A stretch of 42,257 nucleotides of DNA, from positions 12,824 to 55,080 of the forward strand of contig CAYXXW010000001.1 of NCBI GenBank assembly GCA_964469115.1, in the 5' to 3' direction. Made by a program: the position numbers and the translations under genes. Origin of the DNA: an uncultured Melioribacteraceae bacterium (GTDB taxonomy: Bacteria; Bacteroidota; Ignavibacteria; Ignavibacteriales; Melioribacteraceae). Below, in pieces: positions 15,441 to 24,482 of the stretch; the stretch's first letter is position 1; the number at the start of each line of letters is the position of its first letter. Under the pieces are notes generated by a model. That model was not told the DNA's origin, searched no databases, and saw only the letters and a list, made by a program, of their open reading frames with translations.

Positions 15441-16334
15441 TTAAATATTAATTGCTTCTAATTGATCTTCAAATAATTCTTTATAACTGTAAATAAAATT
15501 TTCCAAGTATTCTTCATCACCTAACCTAAGAATTTCAATGACTTCTTTATCAAGTTCGCTGCCATCATCCCAAGTAAAGTCTCCTATCTTTAATTGCTTT
15601 GTCATGTAATCTGCAAGATGCACAAGAGCAATAAGTTCTCTGTTATTTTCTGCTAATGAAGGATTGTGATGAAATGAAATAACGTCTGAAATTGAAACCG
15701 GTAAATTCCATCGATCCACTAAAAATCTCCCAATATCTTGATGCGTTATTCCCAAAATGTTTTCCTCAGCTTCTAAGTAAGTCATCTTATTTTTGATGAC
15801 TGCCTCTGTTATTTCTTTATATTCTTTATTAAAGTATTTGTATATAATCGGGATCCCAAGATCGTGAAGTAATCCGGCGGTAAAAACTTCACCGCTTGTT
15901 TGATAACCCAAGTCATCTGCAATACGCTTTGAAGCAGCTGCTGTCAAAATCGAATGGACCCAATATTTTGTCTGATCGAATTTTTTATTACCTAATACCT
16001 TAAGCGTTTCCATCATACTTAATGCAACAACTATATTTTTAACTTGATCGAATCCAAGAACTACAATTGCAAAATCGATTGTTGCTACTCTTCTTGGAAT
16101 TCCATGTAATGGTGAATTAGCGATTGTTAATATCTTTGTAACTAATCCCTGATCATTACTAATCATCCTGCCAAGAATTGATGCACTGGTTTTAGGATCT
16201 TCAATAAGGTTAGAGACTTCTAAAATAATCTGTGGAACAGTCGGCACATTGTAAACCGAAGAAAGTATTCGTTCAACTTTTTTCAGATTTGGGTTAATAT
16301 TTTCTTTTTCACTATTAGTCATATTGTCTTTCAA
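15441..16334 (-). CDS. HDOD-domain protein (paralog A)
   Basis: HDOD motifs are present: VPTVPQIILEVSNLIEDPKTSASILGRMISNDQGLVTKILTIANSPLHG, LLHDLGIP and SFHHNP. The start overlaps the fliA 3' end; an alternative ATG lies at 16322. Confidence 0.85.
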   Translation of the reverse strand: MKDNMTNSEKENINPNLKKVERILSSVYNVPTVPQIILEVSNLIEDPKTSASILGRMISNDQGLVTKILTIANSPLHGIPRRVATIDFAIVVLGFDQVKNIVVALSMMETLKVLGNKKFDQTKYWVHSILTAAASKRIADDLGYQTSGEVFTAGLLHDLGIPIIYKYFNKEYKEITEAVIKNKMTYLEAEENILGITHQDIGRFLVDRWNLPVSISDVISFHHNPSLAENNRELIALVHLADYMTKQLKIGDFTWDDGSELDKEVIEILRLGDEEYLENFIYSYKELFEDQLEAINI

Positions 16335-16947
16335 TTTTCTTTTTAAGTTCTCTCATAATTTTTGAGTGAAGCTGAGAAACTCTTGAAACAGTTATATCTA
16401 AAATTTTAGATACTTCTTTGTAGTTCATATGTTCATAATAGTAAAGTGTAATTATCAGTCTGTCGCGTTCGTTTAAATCCTTAATTGCTTGAACTAATAA
16501 TTCTTTCCTTTCTAATGAATGATATTCATCATCGGGAAGTTCATATTCAGATGGAATTATATCTGAAAGTGTGAAGCCGTCTTCAGAATCAAAAGGTTGA
16601 TCTATTGAAACGTTTCTGTAAACAACCTTGTTGGGATCTTGGTTTTGGTAATTTGCACGAGGTTTAATCTGAAGTTTTCTCAATTCGTCAATTATCTTTC
16701 CTCTAATCCTCTGAATCGCATAAGTTTCAAACTTGGTGCCGAAATCAGGATCAAATCTATCGATTGCTTCACTTAATCCTTCTACTCCAAACTGAAAGTA
16801 ATCTTTTTCTTCAACTACATTTAAATTCATAAATTTTGAGTTATGTATTACGTAGTGAACAAGATTTGTGTAATTAACCATTATTTGTTTTTTTAACCCA
16901 CTTGATGGTTCTGTTTTAAACTCTGTCCAAAGTGTGGTATTATTCAT
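16315..16947 (-). CDS. fliA: Flagellar sigma factor FliA (sigma-28)
   Basis: Region 2 reads FDPDFGTKFETYAIQRIRGKIIDELRKL. Region 4 has the HTH YKEVSKILDITVSRVSQLHSKIMRELKK. At 210 aa it lacks region 1, as is typical of the sigma-28 group. Confidence 0.92.
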   Translation of the reverse strand: MNNTTLWTEFKTEPSSGLKKQIMVNYTNLVHYVIHNSKFMNLNVVEEKDYFQFGVEGLSEAIDRFDPDFGTKFETYAIQRIRGKIIDELRKLQIKPRANYQNQDPNKVVYRNVSIDQPFDSEDGFTLSDIIPSEYELPDDEYHSLERKELLVQAIKDLNERDRLIITLYYYEHMNYKEVSKILDITVSRVSQLHSKIMRELKKKIERQYD

Positions 16948-16967
16948 ATTAATTTCTTCCTAATTGG

Positions 16968-17177
16968 TTAACTGTAAAAATTTTTTTGTTTTTCAATTGA
17001 TGTTTTATTTATTGCTCTTATAAATGAAAGAGCAAGAACAGTTAGCATTAGGGTTGCAACAAAAAAAATGATAAAGGATTTGAGCAATATATCCTGTACT
17101 AGCATACCCTGTTGGCTGAAAATTATAATTGAGATAAAAAATATTAACAAGCCCACATTTAGTATAATTTTATTCAT
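16968..17177 (-). CDS. Hypothetical 69-aa two-TM membrane protein
   Basis: Two hydrophobic helices are present. A good Shine-Dalgarno (AGGAG) lies 6 nt upstream of the ATG. It is the first gene after the 109-bp spacer and ends 20 nt upstream of fliA. Confidence 0.55.
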   Translation of the reverse strand: MNKIILNVGLLIFFISIIIFSQQGMLVQDILLKSFIIFFVATLMLTVLALSFIRAINKTSIEKQKNFYS

Positions 17178-17201
17178 ATTAATCTCCTGGCAATAGTAAT
17201 T

Positions 17202-17216
17202 TCAAAGAATATACCA
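17202..17216 (-). promoter_or_regulatory. Weak sigma-54-like -24/-12 element upstream of orf69-fliA
   Basis: The minus strand reads TGGTATattctTTGA, 24 nt before the orf69 ATG. It is one mismatch from the TGGCAT-N5-TTGA motif found upstream of flgB and fliL. Confidence 0.25.
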
Positions 17217-17286
17217 AAGGTTTTTTGGCAAAAAAATCGTTTTTTAGCTTAAATTCGGGGTTTTTATTTTTGTAGAATGGTTATTA

Positions 17287-18102
17287 TTAACCATTTGTTG
17301 GTATTCTTAACTTGTTTATTATGTCTGTAAATTGATGTGAAATTTTTGATGAGTTTTCAATACTAACAATTGGGTTTTGAGCTTGTATAGACTTAATAAT
17401 TTCTTCGGAAAAAGAAAGCTCACCAAGATAATTAATATCGTATTTTAAGAAGTGCTTTGTGGCTTTTTCCAGATTTCCAAATGCTTCTTCAGCTTCACCA
17501 TCCTTAAAACATTTATTTATTACAACATTTTTAACAACTTGTGAACCATTGCTTTTTAGAAGTTTAAAAATAACATATGCATCCATCACCGAAGTAGGTT
17601 CAGGTGTTGTAACTAGAATTATCTCATCAGATTTAAGAAGTAGCTGAATTGTACCCTGATCGGCACCAGAAGCAGTATCAAGTATAATAATATCATAGTT
17701 GTCTGAGAGAATTCTCAATTCCTCAATAAGAAGATTTGACCGTTCTTCATTCAATTTGGGATGATCTATTTTACCTGACTCCCCTAAAACCAAGTGTAAA
17801 TTCTCTGAATATATATAGATAATATCTTCTAAGGTCTGATTAAAAGTTAAGTACTGATATAATGTTTTTTTTGATGAAGCATTAAACATTACACTGAGAT
17901 TGGCAAAGTTTAAATCCAAATCCAATAATAGAACTTTCGATCCTTCATTTGATAATTCCACTGCAAGATTACTTGCTAAAAATGATTTTCCCGTTCCCCC
18001 TTTACCTGATGTTACCGAAATTATTTTGCATCCGGAAGTTGGTAAAACATTCTCTTTAAGTAAACCATTTAATTGATATAGTCTTTCAGCTTGACCAAGC
18101 AT
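17287..18102 (-). CDS. flhG: MinD/ParA-type flagellar number regulator FlhG (YlxH/FleN)
   Basis: It has the deviant Walker A ISVTSGKGGTGKSFLASNLA and Walker B IIILDTASG. It lies directly downstream of flhF. Confidence 0.9.
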   Translation of the reverse strand: MLGQAERLYQLNGLLKENVLPTSGCKIISVTSGKGGTGKSFLASNLAVELSNEGSKVLLLDLDLNFANLSVMFNASSKKTLYQYLTFNQTLEDIIYIYSENLHLVLGESGKIDHPKLNEERSNLLIEELRILSDNYDIIILDTASGADQGTIQLLLKSDEIILVTTPEPTSVMDAYVIFKLLKSNGSQVVKNVVINKCFKDGEAEEAFGNLEKATKHFLKYDINYLGELSFSEEIIKSIQAQNPIVSIENSSKISHQFTDIINKLRIPTNG

Positions 18103-19205
18103 TAGTTTAATTTCCCGCTGTAAACCATGTTAGCTATAAATTCACTGTCTGCAGCTATTATGTCATCTGGTATTACTTGACCATTTGTTAAATATTTAAT
18201 TGGAGTATCTACTTCGTTTACAAGATTAACAATATTGCCGTACGAAATCGCCTCATCAAGTTTTGAGAAAACTAACGCATCGTAATTAAATACTTTAAAC
18301 TTTCTAGCAACATCCAGCATTACTTTATAATCACTAGTGCTATTAAGTACCAAATAAGTTTCATCAACCTTAACTTGTTTAAGAAAATCATTTATTGAAT
18401 TTAAGAGTTTTTTGTTATTCTGACTTCTTCCAACAGTGTCAATAAAAACAATATCTTTATTCTTAAATTTTTTCATAAACTTTTGAACATCTGAAGGTTC
18501 ATATGCAACAAGAAAATCAATATTACTTATTTCAGAAAAAATCTTAAGCTGGTCTAGAGCACCTAATCTATAAGTGTCAATTGAGATTAAACCAATATCC
18601 AGGTTGTGAAGAATTTTAGAAATTACAGCTAGCTTTGCAATGCAAGTAGTTTTACCAACTCCGGTTGGACCAACAAGTGTAATTACTTTTGGTCTGCTTT
18701 GCTTGCTTAATTCAAATTCGCTTGTGGGAATTAAAGACCCTAAAGTTGAAACTAGATAATCATCTCTATTAGCTTCGTCAACAAATGGTTCATACTGACT
18801 TACTTTGTTTAATACGTTATCGATAATTTCAACGTTAAGATCTTTATCTAATAAATACTGCTTGATTTCATCAAAGTTGTTTGTACTCTGTTTTCTAATA
18901 TTTTTTTTCTGCGGTCTTGATGATTCTAGTTTTGGCTCATTTGAAGTACCGTAAATTTTTTCGGTTAATTTTTTCATTTCTGTTTGAAAATCTTGAACCT
19001 TAGCAACTTCCCTTGCACTATCTTTAATTTCAAATGATTCTTCTTCATCAATACTGGCGGTAATTTCAAAGAGTTTTTGTTCAACTCCATCTGTGAAGTT
19101 ATCAATAACCTTTGTACTTAAAACAATGGCCTCATCACCAAATTCACTTTTCATCTCGGCAATTGCTTCTTTAAGCGTTCTAGCTTTGAATTTCTTAATC
19201 TGCAT
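18102..19205 (-). CDS. flhF: SRP-type GTPase FlhF
   Basis: The N terminus MQIKKFKARTLKEAIAEMKSEFGDEAIVL is followed by an NG domain with GPTGVGKTT, DTVGR and a FSKLDE-type motif. Confidence 0.92.
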   Translation of the reverse strand: MQIKKFKARTLKEAIAEMKSEFGDEAIVLSTKVIDNFTDGVEQKLFEITASIDEEESFEIKDSAREVAKVQDFQTEMKKLTEKIYGTSNEPKLESSRPQKKNIRKQSTNNFDEIKQYLLDKDLNVEIIDNVLNKVSQYEPFVDEANRDDYLVSTLGSLIPTSEFELSKQSRPKVITLVGPTGVGKTTCIAKLAVISKILHNLDIGLISIDTYRLGALDQLKIFSEISNIDFLVAYEPSDVQKFMKKFKNKDIVFIDTVGRSQNNKKLLNSINDFLKQVKVDETYLVLNSTSDYKVMLDVARKFKVFNYDALVFSKLDEAISYGNIVNLVNEVDTPIKYLTNGQVIPDDIIAADSEFIANMVYSGKLN

Positions 19206-19206
19206 T

Positions 19207-21249
19207 CTAGACCTCTATTTTTGCAATAAATTCAACTTCAATATTAGCAGGGAGCTCTGTAAACGAAAGGATAGCAATATCAGGAAATGTTGTATGTATC
19301 AGTCTAAATAAATAAGGACGTATTGTTGCTGAAGTAATCAATATTGGCATGTATCCCAAATTTCTAAATCCTATAAGCTGTTTTTTAATTGCTTCGTTTA
19401 GATTGTTTAGCATTTCCGGTGTTAAACCTAATGTCTGTGTTGCATCGCCTTGCTGCGCGAGTGAATTTGTGATATACTCTTCTAAGTTTTCACCAACTGC
19501 TGCTGCATGAATAACATTATTTGAATCTTTGTATAATGATGATATTGTCTCACCAAGCGAATGTCGTACATACTCTGTAAGTACTTCTATATTTTTAGTA
19601 ACTTTCGAATAATCAATTAAAGATTCTAATATTTGAACTAAATCTTTGATTGGGATTAATTCTTTGAGTAAACTTTGCAATACTTTTTGAATTGTTCCCA
19701 ATGGTAAATTATCCGGACTAATATCTTCTATTACAGCAGGATAATCCTCTTTAAGATTTTCTAGTAGTTGTTTAACACTTTGCCTTGATAATATTTTATC
19801 AAAATGTTTCTTAATGGTTTCCTGCAAATGTGTAGAAAGGACAGAAACGGCATCAACAACGGTGTAACCAACTAACTCAGCTTTATCTTTTTCTTGATCC
19901 GATACCCAGTAACCATCTAATCCAAATGCGGGATCTTTTGTTGGTATACCACTTAATTTTTCTGTTATATTACCAGAATTCATTGCCAAAAATCTATCAG
20001 CATAAATTTCATAGTGAGCAACAACATTACCTTTAATTTTGATGATGTATTCATTAGGGCGCAATTGTAAATTATCTCTAACCCTAACCGGTGGCACAAG
20101 AACACCAAATTCGACAGCAACAAATTTTCTTGTGGATGAAATTTTTTGGAATAGATCTCCGCCTTGACTATCATCAACCAACGATATTAGTCCGTAGCCA
20201 ATTTCTACTTCAACCGGATCAACTTGTAAATAACCTTCAACTTTTTCTTCTTTATCTTCAGTTTCAATCGGTTCTTCCATACTCTCGGCAAGAGCTAAAC
20301 TATTTATATTCTTATTTACAAGAAATGTTACTGTAGCTAATCCGCCTCCTAAAAGCAGAAACGGAATTGTTGGCATACCAGGAATTATTGAAAATAAAAT
20401 TACTGTCCCCGCTACAGTTCCAAGCACCCTGGGATTTGAAAACAATTGTGTTTTCATTTGGCTATCCATTGAACTACCAGAACTGCTTTTAGTAACAACC
20501 ATACCGGCTGCTGTAGCAATAAGTAGTGCAGGTACTTGTGAAACAAGACCATCACCTATTGTTAATATTGTATAACTTTGCAAAGCATCAGTAACTGTTA
20601 ATCCCTTTTGAACAACTCCAATTAAAATACCGCCCAAAATATTAATTGCATTAATAATAAGACCGGCAATTGCATCTCCCTTTACAAATTTTGATGCACC
20701 ATCCATTGATCCGAAAAATTCTGCTTCTCGTGAAATAGTATCTCTTCTGTTCCTTGCTTCAGCTTCGTTGATCAATCCACTGTTAAGATCAGCATCAATT
20801 GCCATTTGCTTTCCAGGCATTGCATCTAAGGTAAAACGTGCTGCAACTTCAGAAATTCTACCGGAACCTTTAACAATTACCATAAACTGAACAATAATAA
20901 TGATTAAGAATACAATAAATCCTACAACATAACTTCCGCCAACAACAAAGGAGCCAAAAGTTTCAATCACTTGGCCTGCATAACCATCAATTAGAATTAG
21001 TCTTGTTGAACTAATATTAAGTGAAAGTCTGAAAATTGTTAAAACTAGCAATAATCCAGGAAATGCAGAGATCTCCAACGGAGAATTGATATACAAAGAA
21101 GATATTAAGATTAGGATTGCTACAGAAATATTAATAGCTAGAAAGAAGTCCAACAAAAACGGAGACAATGGAATAATCATTAACCCCAGAATAAATATTA
21201 TCCCAAAGGCAAAAAGTATATCTGTATTTCTTAGAAATCTTTCTAACAT
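19207..21249 (-). CDS. flhA: Export gate protein FlhA
   Basis: The 680-aa product carries the FHIPEP motifs (RISEVAARFTLDAMPGKQMAIDADL, FVKGDAIAGL) and a large C-terminal cytoplasmic domain. Confidence 0.97.
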   Translation of the reverse strand: MLERFLRNTDILFAFGIIFILGLMIIPLSPFLLDFFLAINISVAILILISSLYINSPLEISAFPGLLLVLTIFRLSLNISSTRLILIDGYAGQVIETFGSFVVGGSYVVGFIVFLIIIIVQFMVIVKGSGRISEVAARFTLDAMPGKQMAIDADLNSGLINEAEARNRRDTISREAEFFGSMDGASKFVKGDAIAGLIINAINILGGILIGVVQKGLTVTDALQSYTILTIGDGLVSQVPALLIATAAGMVVTKSSSGSSMDSQMKTQLFSNPRVLGTVAGTVILFSIIPGMPTIPFLLLGGGLATVTFLVNKNINSLALAESMEEPIETEDKEEKVEGYLQVDPVEVEIGYGLISLVDDSQGGDLFQKISSTRKFVAVEFGVLVPPVRVRDNLQLRPNEYIIKIKGNVVAHYEIYADRFLAMNSGNITEKLSGIPTKDPAFGLDGYWVSDQEKDKAELVGYTVVDAVSVLSTHLQETIKKHFDKILSRQSVKQLLENLKEDYPAVIEDISPDNLPLGTIQKVLQSLLKELIPIKDLVQILESLIDYSKVTKNIEVLTEYVRHSLGETISSLYKDSNNVIHAAAVGENLEEYITNSLAQQGDATQTLGLTPEMLNNLNEAIKKQLIGFRNLGYMPILITSATIRPYLFRLIHTTFPDIAILSFTELPANIEVEFIAKIEV

Positions 21250-22334
21250 TATATTATACTTCTTCTTTTTCGTTCTTCTTTTAGTTTAAATATGTATGCT
21301 AAAATTTGAGCAACAGCCTTAAATAAATTCTCTGGTATTTCTTGTCCAACTTCGCATGCTTTATATAAAGCTCTTGCCAATTGAACATCTTCGTGCATTG
21401 GTATTTTATTTTCCTTGGCAATGGATTTAATCTTCTGCGCCATTAAATCTTGTCCTTTTGCTACAACTTTTGGAGATGCAGCTTTGCCCATATCATATTT
21501 TAATGCCACGGCAAAGTGAGTCGGGTTAGTAATTACAACATCTGCAGTCGGCACATCTTGAATCATTCTTTTACGCGCCATTTCAAACTGCTTACCTTTT
21601 ATTTGCGACTTAACTTGAGGATCGCCTTCTGTTTGTTTAGTTTCTTCTTTCACCTCTTGCTTGGTCATTTTTTGGTCTTTTCTGAATTTAAATCTTTGAT
21701 ATGAAAAATCAATAAAGGCAATAACTACATACACAAGTGAAACTCTCCAAAGAAAGGCAACAGAGTTATCCATCATATATTCAACAATTTCTGCAATTGT
21801 AAAATTTACAAGTCCAATTGATTCAATTACCATATCTTCCAAAATTAAATAGGAGAAAATTCCAATTGAACCCAATTTTGCAATAGATTTTAATAATTCA
21901 ACAAACGGCCTAGAAGATAAAAATGAATTTTTAAAACCTGTAATTGGATTAAGCTTACTTGCTTTTGGTTGAAGGGCCTTAGGTGTTACTTTAAATCCAA
22001 CTTGCCCGTACCCAACTGCAAGCGATACAATTACAATTCCAAGTAAAATTGGAAATACCGTTGCAATAAAAAACATTACTGCTTTTAGTCCATACATACT
22101 AAGCACATTAACACTTAGCTCAATTTTATCTAACGAGGAAAATATATAAGTAGACATACTCCAAAGTTTGGCACCAAGGTAATCTTTGGTGAAATATAAA
22201 ATCAATAAACCTGTAGAAAAAACTGCTAAAGAATTCAGCTCTTGCGATCTGGCAACTTGTCCTTTTTCGCGCGAGTCAGAAAGTTTCTTACTCGTCGCTT
22301 GTTCGGTTTTTTCTTGTCCGTCTTTCTCAGCCAT
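21249..22334 (-). CDS. flhB: Export switch protein FlhB
   Basis: The N terminus is GQEKTEQATSKKLSDSREKGQVARSQEL. The NPTH autocleavage site is present (VVITNPTHFAVAL). Confidence 0.96.
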   Translation of the reverse strand: MAEKDGQEKTEQATSKKLSDSREKGQVARSQELNSLAVFSTGLLILYFTKDYLGAKLWSMSTYIFSSLDKIELSVNVLSMYGLKAVMFFIATVFPILLGIVIVSLAVGYGQVGFKVTPKALQPKASKLNPITGFKNSFLSSRPFVELLKSIAKLGSIGIFSYLILEDMVIESIGLVNFTIAEIVEYMMDNSVAFLWRVSLVYVVIAFIDFSYQRFKFRKDQKMTKQEVKEETKQTEGDPQVKSQIKGKQFEMARKRMIQDVPTADVVITNPTHFAVALKYDMGKAASPKVVAKGQDLMAQKIKSIAKENKIPMHEDVQLARALYKACEVGQEIPENLFKAVAQILAYIFKLKEERKRRSII

Positions 22335-22336
22335 AA

Positions 22337-23113
22337 TTAGTTACTTAACACCTTAACAATTTCTAATAATTTTTCTTCATACTGATATATTAAATCTCTA
22401 AAAAGGTAAATGTATAGGGGCATTACCAATACCATAAGAAAAAGACCTAATCCAATTTTCAAAGGAAGCAAAACAAAGAAAACTTGAAATGAAGGACTAA
22501 CTCTTGCAATTATTCCGCTGGCAATATGAACTAAAAAGTAAGCTACAATTACCGGCGAGGCAATTTTAACTGCTAAAATAAAAATGCTTCCGGAATATGA
22601 AATAAGAAGTTTATAAGCACTTTCTGTTACCGCAAAACCACCAATTGGAATAACTTTAAATGAATATGAAAGTGACTGTACAACAAAATGATGTCCATCT
22701 ATAAGAATAAAAACAATTACCGCAGCCATTGATAATATTGTTGCAACTATGTTTCCATCATCTCCGGATACCGGATCAAACATTGATGACATTGCTAATC
22801 CCATATCTCTACCGACTAATAAACCCGCAAATGATATTCCCAGAAAAACAATATTCAATGTAAACCCCATTACAATACCCACTAACACTTCCTTAACTCC
22901 ATAAAGTATTAAGAATACCACGCTATCATTTTCATTAAAAGGATATGGTTCAACATTAAAGAAAACTATATACGTAAGCACTAATGCTAAAGCCATTCTT
23001 ACTAAAACCGGGACTGAATTACTATTATATAAAGGGGCAAAGGAAAACATTGCTCCTATTCTTATAAATATCATTAAGCCGGTTAAAAAATCAGATATTA
23101 ATAGCTCAGTCAT
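22337..23113 (-). CDS. fliR: Export apparatus protein FliR
   Basis: This is a 258-aa polytopic membrane protein in the fliP-fliQ-fliR-flhB order, with a FliR-like N terminus (FLTGLMIFIRIGAMFSFAPLY). Confidence 0.93.
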   Translation of the reverse strand: MTELLISDFLTGLMIFIRIGAMFSFAPLYNSNSVPVLVRMALALVLTYIVFFNVEPYPFNENDSVVFLILYGVKEVLVGIVMGFTLNIVFLGISFAGLLVGRDMGLAMSSMFDPVSGDDGNIVATILSMAAVIVFILIDGHHFVVQSLSYSFKVIPIGGFAVTESAYKLLISYSGSIFILAVKIASPVIVAYFLVHIASGIIARVSPSFQVFFVLLPLKIGLGLFLMVLVMPLYIYLFRDLIYQYEEKLLEIVKVLSN

Positions 23114-23379
23114 TTTACAACTGTTATTATTAAATTAAATATTTTGTGAGTGAATGAAATCATCTTATCTGCAATAAATGGTAGTGCAACAATAATTGCT
23201 ATTGCTGTAATTACTATTTTAGGTACAAAAGTCAAAGTCGTTTCTTGTATTGAAGTAGCTGCTTGAAAGATTGATATTACAACACCAACAACTAACCCTG
23301 CGCCTAGAATTGGGAGAAGGATCAACAAAACGTTAAAAAACGCTTCACTTAAAATTTCTATAACTAAATCCATATTCAT
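23110..23379 (-). CDS. fliQ: Export apparatus protein FliQ
   Basis: This is an 89-aa two-TM protein carrying LPILGAGLVVGVVISIFQAATSIQETTLTFVPKI. Confidence 0.95.
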   Translation of the reverse strand: MNMDLVIEILSEAFFNVLLILLPILGAGLVVGVVISIFQAATSIQETTLTFVPKIVITAIAIIVALPFIADKMISFTHKIFNLIITVVK

Positions 23380-24141
23380 TTACATTATACTCCTTACTAC
23401 CGAACTTATTACAAGATTCCATCCATCGACTAAAACAAAAAGTAAAATTTTAAATGGCATCGAGATCATCATTGGCGGTAACATCATCATTCCCATCGAC
23501 ATTAAAATACTTGATACGATCATATCTACCATTACAAACGGAATGAAAAGAAAGAAACCAATTATAAATCCCGCCCTAAGTTCACTAAGCACAAATGATG
23601 GAATTAAAACATGTATTGGTAAATCGGCATGTGAATTTGGTCTTTCCATATTTGCTAATTCCAAAAAGAATTTCAATTCTTCCGGTCGTGTATTTTTAAG
23701 CATGAAATCACGTAAGGGTTCAATTCCTTTATCATAGGCTTCATCAATATTTATTTCTTTATCCATATAAGGCTGTAACGCATTTTCATTAAATTCATTC
23801 CAAGTTGGAGTCATAATAAAGAAAGTAATAAAAAGAGCAACACCGGCAAGAAGCTGATTTGGCGGCATTTGCTGAGTCCCTAATGCAGTTTTCAGAAAAT
23901 GGAATACAATTATTATTCTTAGATAAGATGTAGTCATTATCAATATTGAAGGAGCTAAAGATAAAATTGTTAACAGTAATAAAAGTTGAAGTGTTAATGC
24001 TAAATCTTCCGGATTATCTGAAGTTCCAAGATTAATTCCTAGATTTGGCAAAGGAACTGTTTGAGCCTGCTGTGCAAACAAGTTAGAATCAGTAAAGATA
24101 AATAGCAGTATAAGGGAGGATATTAGGAATAAACGTTTCAT
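23380..24141 (-). CDS. fliP: Export apparatus protein FliP
   Basis: A signal peptide is followed by LTILSLAPSILIMTTSYLRIIIVFHFLKTALGTQQMPPNQLL and IPSFVLSELRAGFIIGF. Confidence 0.96.
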   Translation of the reverse strand: MKRLFLISSLILLFIFTDSNLFAQQAQTVPLPNLGINLGTSDNPEDLALTLQLLLLLTILSLAPSILIMTTSYLRIIIVFHFLKTALGTQQMPPNQLLAGVALFITFFIMTPTWNEFNENALQPYMDKEINIDEAYDKGIEPLRDFMLKNTRPEELKFFLELANMERPNSHADLPIHVLIPSFVLSELRAGFIIGFFLFIPFVMVDMIVSSILMSMGMMMLPPMMISMPFKILLFVLVDGWNLVISSVVRSIM

Positions 24142-24482
24142 TTTATTCCCATATTACTTTTAAGTAATTTTAAAAAATTTGGTTTATCTTTTCCGGTTTC
24201 TGCATTTTCGGATTTTTCTAGATATGATGAATCAACTTTATCTATTAAACTAACTGATTGATCAGCAACGCCCAGCATATATACCGTATCATTAAACCGA
24301 ACTATTGAAACATATTTTTTCGGCAAAATTGCTTGAGTTGAAAGAACCTGAACTCTTGACTCAGAACCCCCTTTTTTTTCGAAGGAGTATAAATATTTTT
24401 TTACCAAGAATAACATTCCGTACATAATACCTGCCATTGCACCAAGTATTAAAAATATTTGAATGATATCCCAAGTATTCAC
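24138..24482 (-). CDS. fliO: FliO/FliZ-type export apparatus accessory protein
   Basis: This 114-aa product has a single N-terminal TM segment (IIQIFLILGAMAGIMYGMLFLV). It sits between fliN and fliP. Confidence 0.7.
   Translation of the reverse strand: MNTWDIIQIFLILGAMAGIMYGMLFLVKKYLYSFEKKGGSESRVQVLSTQAILPKKYVSIVRFNDTVYMLGVADQSVSLIDKVDSSYLEKSENAETGKDKPNFLKLLKSNMGIK

Noticed and set aside
19980-20177. Minus-strand 65-aa ORF inside flhA.
   Set aside because: It is an alternative frame within the FlhA cytoplasmic-domain coding region and has no independent support.
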